From positions 22,630,001-22,694,000 of the forward strand of contig NC_086106.1 in the NCBI RefSeq assembly GCF_963921235.1: DNA of 64,000 nucleotides, in the 5' to 3' direction. The stretch comes from Mobula hypostoma. Lineage: Eukaryota. The notes beneath the pieces are model-generated. The model searched no databases, was not told the DNA's origin, and saw only the letters and a list, made by a program, of their open reading frames with translations. Shown piece after piece: positions 48,899 to 61,107 of this stretch (positions are counted from its first letter, which is position 1; each line of letters opens with the position of its first letter). The position numbers were made by a program, and so were the translations under genes.

Positions 48899-50107
48899 CA
48901 GGGGTCACCAACCTTTTTTTGCGCTGCGGACCGGTTTAATATTGACAATATTCTTGCGGTCCGGCCGACCCGGGGTGGGGGGGGGGGCGCGGGGGTAGGC
49001 TTGCCAACGGACAAGAGTAGCAGTCAAAAAATACGTTGTGTTTACCCCATAAACTACAATGACCATGAAGCCTTGCACGGGCACCAGTGCGCATACGTGA
49101 CCTGCCGAGATTATTCTCTGCAAATCTCTTTTGGCGATTCTGTTCGGGGTTGGGGGGCGTTAATCACGACAGGAATGTTGGTAATACGGGGCTAATACGC
49201 TCAATTCCGTTTCTAAAAGGGTTTTTCTAACGAATTTAATATTAAACACACAGCGCATATTTTCCTCGCATGAATATAGTGATAAGTCAATCATCAGGGG
49301 AGGACGGGGAGCTTGAAGTAAGTGCTGAAAAAACTTCCAGTGGAGGTAGTAGAGGCAGTTTCGATATCATTTAAGGAAAAAAAATGGATAGGTATATGGA
49401 CAAGAAAGGAATGGAAGGTTATGTGGGTGCAGGTCGGTGGAACTAGGTGACAGCATCTTTCGGCACGGACTAGAAGGGCCGAGATCGCCTATTTCCGTGC
49501 TGTAATTGTTATATGGTTTATAAGTCACTTATCAGTCAATAGCATCATAACATTTTAAGTAATGTCTGGATATTAAACACGGCACATATTTTCCCGTATG
49601 AACATATAAAATCATTGCAACACACAAATATCGCTAAATCAGTGGGAGGCCTGGGCTTGTTTTCCTGCAACAAGACGGTCCTATCGAGGGGTGATGGGAA
49701 ACAGCGATACCCAAAGGGGGTTCCTTATGTCCAGTCTACTCCGCAATTTAGCTTTAGTTGCATTCACTGCAGAGATATGTTGGAAAAGGAAGCAACGTGT
49801 TCAGTGCTTTCGCGTCTATCTCAGGATATTTAGCCTTGACTTTGATCCGGAATGCCGGCAGCGATGTTATGTCAAACATACTTTTCAGCCCGCCGTCAGT
49901 TGCGAGCTCGAGGAGTTGATCTTCTTCCCGCGCTGACATGGATGACGCGCGGGTAGTGACCTCGCGTCCGTAATGATCTCGCGTGCGTTGAAGCTCAACA
50001 GTGGGCGTGACAGGAAATGAGGAAAGGTGCAGCTGACTCATATCGCCAAATCATATCGTTCCTCGCGGCCCGGTAGCGGTCCGCGGCCCGGTGATTGGGG
50101 ACCACTG
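48899..50107 (-). mobile_element. Non-autonomous hAT (Charlie/Buster-type) transposon with a nested CR1 3' fragment (~49320-49510)
   Basis: Termini caggggtcaccaa / ttggggaccactg; 8-bp TSD ttgtgtat vs ttgtatac (6/8); SAREEDQLLELATDGGLKSMF..KYPEI..KALNTLLPFPTYLC..AGKQAQASH is a Buster-type transposase C-terminus. Confidence 0.88.
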
Positions 50108-51779
50108 TTGTATACAATTAGGACCATGAATACCATGACCAATTTCATAGCTACTCATTCTAATAATCTGCTTGAAAACATGTCTCACTAATCCCTTCCG
50201 CTTCTTCCGTTAACTTTATCATGATATATTTGAAGGAAAATACTGATTATAAGCAACTATTGTCATTTCAAAACATCGGAGTTACAATTATTTTCTCCCG
50301 AATGAAGTACTCAACAGCGGGTATACCATAATACGTAGAGTGGCCTTATCTACTCAGCAATAGTGTGGACCCCATGCCCTTGCTGACGGCCTGCAGAAAC
50401 AGGAGGAAGAGATTGAGCGACATGGATCCAATCAGTTGGATCGGTGAAATCTGGCAGCGATGTGACCTTCATGGTCTTCACTGCTATAATATTCATCAGC
50501 ATTCTCTCTGTTCTTCTTGCGAAATTGTGATTTTTGCTCTGTCATTGTCCAGAATGAAATGTAGAGACACCCTATGGGTGTGTTCAAGTAATTTATCAAA
50601 CTTGTACACTCAACGATGTCTACAAACAGGGAAATGTGCATCTCGGAATGTTAGCACTTCTCTGTGAATCGTATTCCTATGTTTCCAATAACAACTTCTC
50701 AATCGTTGGCGACATTTTTTGATGACCTTCAATTTAGAAGATGTTGGTGAGAGTGGTATCTTGGTAATGATGCGAATCATATTAATATGAAACCAATGGA
50801 AACACGCCATATAGCTCCGTTAGCAGGTTTTTCGACATACAATATTCGTGGTCCGAATCGCAACCGTCGGCAGACGGGGGACATGCTGGAGATAGAGCAC
50901 AAATTGCACCAAATTACGAGAAGAATATGTTTCTGGTCGGCTGCATTAAACCACTATTAATACATAAAATCCTCGCGAACACATGATCCCCCGGACGTCC
51001 TTTGTGTAAGTAGGATTCACAGTTTCACGGTGAAACGACGTTGAGCTTCGGCCGTCCTGGTGATCTGGGTGGTGACTCCAAAATTCGGAACCAGGTACAA
51101 CATGTCAGAGCCATAATTTTCCAGGATAATGACGAAATAAACTACATATGTATTCGCAATCGATTAAAGAATATAAACATAACAATTTGCAAACATAATG
51201 GAGATTGAAATTACCAGTCTAATAGCTTGGCGTTGATAAAAACTCTGTTGTAGACTATAGCAGATTTTTTTAGATCGAAGAAAAGTAGATTCAGAGAAAC
51301 AGGGAACACGATATACCGATGCATAGATTGAATGACAGACAGACAGTTAGAAAAATAGACTGGGGGGGGGGGGGGATTAAGAGAGAGAGAGAAATTTGGG
51401 TCCATGTAAAATTACCTCTCAAGGGGTACAGAAAAGTGCCTCAGGGCATTTCAATGCCGCCTTTTGGCATACTTTGTCCACAGAGCCTTCCAGTACTCTT
51501 TTCCCCGTTTCCAGCATTCCGAGGACTGTGGTTGGTAATGAAAATGCCACTTCCAGGAGAATCCGAGGAGTTGCACAATATTTTAGTTTATTTCCCAGTA
51601 ATGTGATTCCTCAGCCACTATCACACATACATGGAATCACAAATATAATTAATCTCTGTCGTCAGTAATTTCCTACACCCCTGGTGTCATCATTTCCTTT
51701 CGGAGAGGCCTCTACCAAAATGTACACAATTATTAAGATATGTCTATATCCGCACATTTAACACGGTACTTAATCTGGT

Positions 51780-54050
51780 ATTGGAAAATGATCCTGGTCA
51801 AGTGTCAGATCTATTGGTGGGAGATCATTTTGGAGGTAGTGACCACGTCTCTATCTCCATCACCATAACTCGGAAGAGGGATAAGAACAGACAATTTGTG
51901 AAAACATGTTATTGGAGTAGAGGGAAATATGTTGCCACATGGCAGGAACTTGTGAGCATAATTTGGGAGCAGATGTTCTCACGGCAGAAATGTGACAAAT
52001 ATTCAGGGAGTATTTGCATAGAATCCTGGATTGGTATGTTTGATCGGGCATGGAAAGGATGGTAGAGTTAAATAACCATGGTGCATAAAACATGTAGACA
52101 TCTAGTTGAAGAAAAGAAAAAGCTTTCTAATGGTTGAAGAAACAAGACACCGCTGGAGCTCCAGAAAATTGAAAGGTTGCTAGGAGGGAGCTTAAGAATG
52201 AAATTAAGAGAGCGAGACGGGAAACTGAGAAGGCCTTGGTTTAAGGAAACCCCCCAGGTATTATATAAGTATGTGCAGAGCAAGGGGCTGAGCCGTGCAA
52301 GGATAGCACCAATCAGGTATGATATTGGAAACTTGTGCATGGAGTCGGAGGAGGTAGGGGATCTATTTATTGAATACTTTAGTTCTGTATTCACCACGGA
52401 AAAAAAGACCTTTGCTATTTTGCGGACTGAACCGCTTGAATGTTAAGAGATATGATGTGCTGGAACTTTTGAAAAGCTTTAAGTTATATAAGGCACTGGG
52501 ACAGGATAATATATACACCAAGCGAGTGTGCGAAACGAGGAAAGAGATTGCTGCCCTCTTGTCATGATCTTTGCGTCATTAATATGGAAGAGAGAAGTAC
52601 CGGAAGATGTGAGGGTTGCAAATGCTGTTCCCCTGTTCATAAAAGGGAGTAGAGATAACCCAGGAAGTTATAGACCAGAGTGTCTGACTTTAGTGTTTGG
52701 CAATCTGTTGGAGAAGATCCAGAAAGGCAAGATTTATGAGCATTTGGAGAGACATATTCTGATTAGGGAAAGTCAGCATAGCCTTATCAAGGGCAGGTCG
52801 TGCCTTACGAGTCTGAGTACTTTGAGAATATAACAAAACACCTTTATGAAGAGTGCAGAGAATGTAGCTTATATGGATTTCTGTAAGCATTTGATAAAGT
52901 TCCCCATGCAAGGCTCCTTCACAGAATGTGGAGACAAGGCATCCGATAAGATATTGCTTTTTGGATCCAGACTTGGCTTACACTCTGAAGGAAAACGTGA
53001 TTGTAGATTGTTCGTATGCTGCATGGAGGTCGGAGACCAGTGGTATTCGGCAAGGATTTGCTCGTGGTTCACGCCTCGCTTTCTTTTTATTTAATGTTTA
53101 TTTGTTTTTGTTTTTTTTTATATATAAATTACCTGGATGATGAAGTAGAAGGATGGCTTGGTAAGCCTGCTGATGACAGAAAGGATCGCGCTGTCGTGGA
53201 TAGTCAAGGAGAGTTGTCAGAGGTTACAGCGCGATTTGATATGATGCAGTACTGAGCTGAGAAGTTGCAGATGGACTTCGACCCAAATAAGTGTGAAGAG
53301 GTTCGTTTTGCTAGGTCCAGTTTGAATACAGAATATAATATAAATGGCAAGACTGTTGGCAGTGTGGAAGAAACGTAGAGTTCTTGGTATCCGTGTCCAT
53401 AGGATACTCAAAGCTTTAGCACTGTTTGGCGTATGGTCTGTTGACATTGATCAATAGTGGGCTTCAGTTCAAGTGCCGTGACGTAATGTTACAGCTATAT
53501 AAAACCTTGGTCGGTCCCTGTTGGAGTACTGTGTTCAGTTCTCATCACCTCACTGAATGAACAAAATGTGGATGCTATAGAGAGAGTGCAGAGGTTTACA
53601 AGGATGTTACATCATTGGAGGGCGCACCTAATGAGAATATTTAGAGTAAACTCGGCCACTTATCCTTGGAGCGACGAAGGATGATGTGTAAGTTGATAGA
53701 CCTGAGTAAGATGATGAGGGGCATTGATCGTATGGATTGCCATAGACTTTTTCTCCCCCTCGTGGCCGAAATACCTAACACGAGTGGCAATGTTTTAAGT
53801 TGCTTTGGGATAGGTACCATGCGATGTCAAAGATATGTTTTTCCAGACAGAGATTGGTGGGTACGTGGAATGCAATGCCGGGGGCGTTCCCTGAAGCGGA
53901 TAAAATAGACTATCTTAAGAGCCACTTATATAGGTACTTGGAGCTTAGAAAGATAGAGGACTATGCGCTTGGGAATTTCTAGGCGGTTTCCCGAATGTAT
54001 TACATGGTCGGCAAAACATTGTGGGCCGAAGGGCATATAATGTGCTGCAG
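51780..54050 (+). mobile_element. Decayed CR1 ORF2 and 3' UTR
   Basis: LLVGDHFGGSDH; EEVGDLFIEYFSSVFT; VANAVPLFIKGSRDNPGSYRP..RESQHSLIKGRSCLT; YMDFCK; many stops. Confidence 0.88.
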
Positions 54051-54129
54051 GTTTCTACCCTCTATGTTCTGTGTTCTATGAACTTCATGGCATTTATACA
54101 AAGTCTATATAGTCAAAGTGCAACTCAGG

Positions 54130-55800
54130 TAAGGTGCAAGCTCTAGTGAGTGAAAATAGCTCAGGGGCTGATGCTCTTCACACCGAGGAAATGAAATTCC
54201 AATACTTCTTGTCTCAATCCTTCGGGAACTTTATAAAATTCCTTACTAAAATCCCTATACACCAAATCCACTGTTCTATCTTCACCTATACGATATATAT
54301 TACATCCCTCATTAAGTGTTCGATCAGTCTTGTAAGCATGGCTGTCCTTTACAAAGACCTGGCAACTCTCTGTAATCCGATTATGTCTCTCCAAACGGCC
54401 ATTAATTCTGCATATTAGGATCTTCTCCAACATCTTGCCCACAGCTGAGGTAAGACTCACTGGTCTATAATTTCTTGGGTTATCTCTACTCACTTCGTTG
54501 AACAAGGTCAGGACGTCTGCGAATTTCCAATCCATGGTACTTCTAACGTCCACATTGATGATGCTAGGCTCATTGCCAGAGCTTCAAGAGTCTCCTTCCT
54601 CTCATCCCACAGCATCCTGGAATATATCTGGACCTTTCCAGGGTAATATGTTTCAAAAGCTCCAGCACATCCTCTTTTATTTAATATCTCTATACGCAAG
54701 CGTTTCAGTCTATTTTAAGTCATGACCACAATAATCAAGTTTATTTTCATTGATGAATACTGAAACATATATTCAGTAAATATTGCTGCTACCTCCTCCA
54801 GTTCCAAACACTCTCACTCCTCATTGGTTCTTTATCACACTCTTTTGCTTTTGCTCCTCACGTCCCTTTTAAAATATTTGGAGTTTTCCTTAATACTGCT
54901 CGCCAAGGCCTTTTCAAGGCCTCTTAAGTCTCTACTAATTTTTAATTGAGCTCCTGCATGGCACCCTTGTAATTTTCTAGAAAACTAACTGTACCTTGTT
55001 TCTTAAACATTCTGCACACTTCTCTTTTCCTCTTAACTCATTTTTTTTGTACACCGTGATTCTTTTACACTACCACCCATTCCGTACCTCAATAGAAAAT
55101 ACCTATGCAGAACACTATTTCTGCCGTGCATTCCCCTGAAAACACCTGATTCTAATTTATGTTTCCAAGTTCCTTCCTTATAGTATCATAATTTCCCCCT
55201 CCCAATGGAAAGTCTTCCCAAATTTTCTGCTCCTCTCCGTCTCCAGCGCTATTGTAAATGCGATAGATTTGTGATGACTACCTCCAAAATCCTTGCCCTC
55301 CGTGACATCTGACACCTTACTATGTTCATTTCCGAATACCAGATCAAGTCACCCTCTCCTCTATATATTGCGTCAGGAAACCTTCCTGAACACACCTACC
55401 AAACTCCGCCACATCTAATCGCCTTGCTCTTGGATGCCAATCCCGGTTAGGAAAGTTATTATCTCCCATTACAACAACCCTATTATTATTGCACTGTTCC
55501 AGTATCTGCCTCCGTAACTGTTGCAGGATGTCTCTGTTACTATTGGGTGTCTATAAATAAAAAAAATATCCGGCAGAGCTATTGCTCCCTTCCTGTTTCT
55601 GACTTTCAACCTCAGTGACTCAGTCGACAATCCCTCAATGAATTTCTCCTTTTCTGCAGCTGTGATACTATCCATGATTACCAGTGCCATCCCGCTGCTA
55701 TTTTGCCTTCTTCCCTGTCCTTTTTGATACATATAATGCCTGGTACATTCGGCAGTTATTTCTGCTCCCGAGTCACCCAAGCCTTTGTAATGGCAGATCA
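54130..55800 (-). mobile_element. Decayed CR1 ORF2 (endonuclease to RT)
   Basis: DWKFADVLTLF..DNPRNYRPVSLTSAVGKMLEKI..DLVYRDFSKEFYKVP (54161-54553); AEITAEC..GMALVIMDSI..IYRHP (55469-55804). Confidence 0.85.
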
Positions 55801-57438
55801 TCATAGATCCATGTAGGAATCGTTAAATATTACAGCCACTGTGTTTTCATTCCTCACCGCTGTGTTCGCCACAGCTCGTAGGCAGTCCGACAGGACACGT
55901 ATTACGGTTGCTAAATGAGTGGTTTAATATGCCATTGGTCTTCACAAGAAACCATGTTCCTTAGTCGATACGGCACACGGCAATCCATCCATTTCCTCAG
56001 TATTAAACTGGGAGGATGTAGAGTTGTCAGTAATGTCAGAGGTTGGTATATGGAAGAACTCCTTCTTGAGAACCTTATGTGCATGTTCCTTTCCCGTCTC
56101 CATTGAATGTGCAGAATATAGTCCAAAGAGGTAACAGTTACTTGGTGGAACTGTAACAAATAACGAGGTTCGGTGTCCATAGGTTTCCATGTGTTTTAAC
56201 AATGCTCAGACCCTTCCTGGCAATACACTAGTGCTTTGGAGTCCAACAGTAGATCGTCAACGTTCTGTAAAATGACAGAAGTGTCTGGCAATAATGAAGT
56301 GTTTAAGTCGCTTCGCATACAGCTGCATGTATCGGTAGGCTGTCAGTATCCATCGAAATTCGGATGACAAAGCGGCTAAAATGCGTACAATAGCTTGTAC
56401 AGAGAGGCAAAGTGACCAATTCAGCCCACAAACTGAGGAGAAAATGAAAAAAAAAATACAGAGGGAAGCCTATTTCGAATCAAAAGGGTTTTCTATATAA
56501 TGATGCACAAGAGTAACAGTAAGACAGTAACTTGTCCAGGAAGCTGCTGATTTCGGGAACATATGTTCGCGTTATTTCGACTACTGACAATCCCATGATA
56601 GTCAGACCGGATCCAGCTGAAAATGTTTGCGCTTACATTAATTTGGGAGCAAGTGCTGCCGTTGTGAGAAGGTAAACTGCAGCTTGCAATGACAAACATG
56701 GAGATAACTTTTTTGAAAATAATGCCTATTCAGCCAGTGTATTGTGCTGTTTTTGAGAAGAGGCAAGTTTCTTCTAAGCAGAGTTAGGTGCAGAAACGAG
56801 AATGTGAGTGGTGCGTCAAGTCGAAACCTCTTATGTCACGTCCTGGAGGATTATCTTGAGTGACAGGAAGGTCAGGATTTGTCGTAATGTCCGTGGGATG
56901 GGAAAACATGATGATTATCTGAGAAGATGTTCGGACAGGAAGATGTGTTTTCTACTGGTTAAGCTGATGTTTGTTATTCTAGAATATCATGCCACACTGT
57001 TGATGCGACAAAGAGCACCACTTTCCGAAACCTGACTCTTTGGGTAGCACCAACGGAGATGAGGAACATTGGCTAATCTGGCTTAAACAGATGAAAGTTA
57101 ATTTCGGTCATGGGGCAGATGAAGCTGGCCAGACAAGAGATATACGCAGGGAAAGCCATACTGTTCTGGAGACGAAGCGTCCGTCAGGGTGTTTGAAGCT
57201 GGAGGGCTGAACTTGAAATTTGAACGACTCAGTGAGTTAGTCGAAACCCCGAGAGGCTGGCATAATATTCAACGGGGGAACTGAGTGTTTCATATATCCC
57301 CCTCGTAAGATATGTCAGTACCATTCACAAATAGATTGGAGGTTCTGACATCACAAGGTTCATTTGACGACTGTCATATTAATTATGGTTTGATAACTAT
57401 CTGCGTCATGATAGCACAACGTTTCGGTAGGGGAATCA

Positions 57439-57959
57439 TGTAACCACCTGTTTAAGATTTTCACACCAATACCGTAGGTTTGTCATTTTTGCAGTTCTCT
57501 AAAAAGGTGTCTGATTTTGCTTTAGGCCTATTTTGGGGTTTGAACTGAAGACAGGGCCTTTGTTGTTCATCTTAGGGAACTGGTGTCATGCAAGTACAAT
57601 GGTGGGATTGTGAGAAGGTTGTGGAGAAAGCTGCCGGAGAGGTTTTATGAGGGACAATGGTGGGAATGGAATTCATATTTGGAGAGAGATGGGAGAACAC
57701 AGGACGGAAGATGGACGAAGATATCGTCCCTGCTGCACAATGTGTTCTCTGCGGATAAAATGTTTCAAAGAAGAAGGTCCAAAATCTCCCGTGGGAGCCC
57801 GTTTCGAGCAACGACTGGAAGGTGTGGTGTGCTTTCACCCAGACCGAGTGTTCAGTGCGTGAGTGACAGACATGCTCATGTTGAGCTCCAACTTCAGTGC
57901 TAAAGGAGCCTTTCTTTTATTTCTTTCTTGCCTTTAATAAATATTTACCTAAGTTAACA
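57439..57959 (+). mobile_element. Possible solo LTR (~520 bp)
   Basis: TGTAACC..AGTTAACA termini and aataaa near the 3' end; no TSD found. Confidence 0.35.
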
Positions 57960-59029
57960 TTCTTGAATATATTTCTTTAAAGGTGCATGGAGTGAACGAT
58001 CTGGTATTTCCTGCCAACGATGGATTGCCATGGGCAGTATATCGCACAGCATTCAGAAAAAAACAGGGTTTAGGTGGCGAGGCATCTCAACATCAAGGAT
58101 TTGGGGGAACCAGTGCTGTATACACCACAGAAGTACGAAGACTGAAAAGGTGTGTTTCTCGTCGTGCATTCTAGCGCCTGTAAGCAAAGACCAATGAGGC
58201 GTATTTCCAGAGACGCCAAAGATAACTGATTTCCATTTTCCAAATATGACTGTTTTTCTTTGGCTTCACTTCATGTTCCTGTCCCGCGCTATGATCTCTC
58301 TGCAATAAAAGACAAAAATAGAAGTCCCAGGCCACGTTTTCAGCAACTACACAGACCAGCGGGAAAGGGGGATTGTGTGACAAATAGTGTTTTACATGGT
58401 ACTGCAATTTGAGGTTTACTCCTACATGAGGAAGACGAGAAGTATCAAATAAAACGAGTTATGGTGCCTCTGACTTCTACCCTCTTGAAATGATTCGAGA
58501 ACGTGCTGTTTTCGGCACATATCAATTGCTGTCCGCCAAGCAGCCTCGACCGTCGCGTTTCTCTACAGCTGAAATTGATCTACGGCAGATGACATCTCAC
58601 TTGCCATACTCCAATCACTAGAAAGTATAGAGAGCCCGTCTCGGTCGTTAGATTGTTGTCTATAATTTGCAAATCAACGTCATTAATCTGAACAGAGTGT
58701 TTCTAAAATCCACGAAATAAGTTTCAGAGACCGGCAGCTTTGCTCCCAGCAACTCACCTGAAGACCACAATCATAAAAAGATAGACCAGAACACCTCAGC
58801 CTCATCCGCACGACCGATGCTCCATAATAGGACATTTACCATACACCATAAGAAGCTACCGAACATTACAGGCCCTTTGGTCCACAATGTTGTGCTGAAC
58901 ATGAAACCTACACTAGAAACTCCCGGGAAATCCGCAACATCACAGTTCTCTAATTTTCTATTACAATTTTCTGTTATATCCGCCTCGCTGGCAGCGTATT
59001 CTACGCACCCACCACTTTCTGAGTAATAC

Positions 59030-60830
59030 AAAGAAACTTACCTCTGACAGGCCCCATTGTACCTACTTCCAAGCTCCTTACAACTATGCACTCTTACCCA
59101 TTTCAGCCCTGGTGGTGGGGGGGGGGGTGGAAGAAAAAAAAAACTTTGTCTATCCAAACGATCAATGCCTCTCATCATCTTATACATCTCCATCATGTCA
59201 CTTCTAATCCTTCCTCGCTCAAAGGAGAAAAGGCCAAATTCACTCAACCTATTCCCATAAGGCATCTTCTCCATTCCAGACAACATCCTTGTAAATCTCT
59301 GCTGCATATCTCTATGGTATCCGCATATTTCCTGACGTGACGTGATCAGAAATGAAAATATCACTAAGACTATGACTATTGCTCCGCCTGAATTTATACT
59401 ATACTGCCGAGGCTCAGATCCGACCACAAGTCTATTGCTCTGGCTGCTGCCGTCTTGCCCATTTAGGTCTCTGCACTCATCAATATCCAGAGACGTATAC
59501 ATGTTGCTGAGGGGAATTGACACAGGGGGATCCTGGACTTACATATTCGTCCTTTATCTCTATGTGTTATGCCATCTTCCCCCCCCCCCCCCCGCATTCT
59601 GCACTATTGCTTTTACCACCTGCTCAAAACAATTATATGTCAAATCATTTGCCTCGAGCATAGTATTAAGTTTATCTACCTCCAGTTTCTTACTGCGGTC
59701 TTTCATGAGCTGGCGTTGGCTGCATATCCCGCAGGTGCAGTAATCAGGGAGAAAACGAGAATTCATTAATTTCCACATTCTAACAAGGGAACATTCCACT
59801 TCTATGTCTGACATTCTGCCTGCAGTGTCACAATGGGAAATCAAGACCAAATCTTCCTAACTGTTTCTTCGGTCTCAGGGATCTTCGATTTTCTCGTGGA
59901 CATCTGTTCAGTCAAATCTTGAAGCTCCACTCTCGCCACCGGCCTACTCCAGAAAAATGTCGCCCTTCGTTACTCTTCTGTACCTAATTTAATTCATAGT
60001 GCTATTGTTCCGCTTCTGATTAGGTGTCTGGAATATCGGAATGTCCGTCAAGCTCTCGCTTTATACAATCTTCGCGGACTTGCCAGTAACCGCCTCGAAG
60101 TGCGCTCTTTTCAGACTCTCTCCCTCTCCGAGGACATTTCGGACTTCGTAGCTACTTTCTGCGTAAATACGTTTGTAAATTGGCTGATGATACTAACGTA
60201 TCTGTCTGATTCTCCTATCTGTTCCCCTCTCTGCTCCTCGATAACCCTTATACTATTGGGCGGCCTATGATTAAACACCCAGAAGAATTATTGACCCCTT
60301 CCTGTTCCTAATCTCCACACACAGAGAATTCAGACAATTTCTCCATAATGTCCACCTTTTCTGCAGCCGTGACACTACGTCTGATCAACGGTGCCACAGC
60401 CCTCTTCTTTTTCCTCCCTCCATGCCCTTTCAGAAACACCTGAAACCCTGCACTTGAAGTAACCATACTGTACCTGAGTCATCCAAGTCTCTGTAATGAC
60501 CACACCATCATAGACCCAAGTACTGAACCATGTTCTAAGCTCATCTGCTTTGTTCAAAATACTCCTTGCGTTAAAATAGACACATCTCAAACTGTCGGTC
60601 TGAGTGCGTCCCTTCTGTATCAGCTGCCTATCCTCCCTCACACACTGTCTCTGAGTTTTTTTTTCTATCTGTGAGCCAACTGCCTCCTCCCGAGTCTTTC
60701 CAGTTCCAGACCCACCCCGCATCAATTTTTGTTTAAACTCTCTCGAGTAGACTTAGCAAACCTCCCCGCCAAGATATTGGTTCCCCTGGGATTCAAGTGC
60801 GACACAATGTTTTGATCGTGACACAGGACG
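59030..60830 (-). mobile_element. Cluster of CR1 fragments (3' RT end, ORF1 N-terminus, endonuclease start)
   Basis: MQQRFTRMLSGMEKMPYGNRLSEFGLFSFER (59038-59523); VECSLVRMW..LPDYCTCGICSQ (59560-59850); LRCVYFNARSILNKADELR..VITETW (60375-60725). Confidence 0.8.
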
Positions 60831-61107
60831 CCCCCTAAGCCCTCTATGGTGGCAAGCGTATGCAGTTTATACGGCAATCGGGGTCTGCAAAAAAACCAGC
60901 ACAGGCGCCTGGCTCAGCAGCTCCTTTAACGATTGGAAGTCTTCTTCACAGTTCGCATTCCGCCTTGTTCCAACAGGGTCCGAAGGGCGAAGTTACGGTT
61001 TACTCTCCTCTACCATTGTCCTCCTCCCTTTCTTCCCCAAGGAAGAGTAATAACCACACAGAAGCAGAGTTAAATGGTGACTCACTTTCGCGTAGAACTT
61101 CATGAAG

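Noticed and set aside
50416-50530. Hydrophobic C-terminal-like peptide (..SGSDVTFMVFTAIIFISILSVLLAKL*) resembling a TM/GPI tail
   Set aside because: In-frame stop just upstream, no matching acceptor and no partner exons.
58758-58805. Strong minus-strand donor CAG|GTGAGT after a hydrophobic leader-like stretch
   Set aside because: The phase-1 frame has an in-frame stop, and no V exon or RSS lies downstream.
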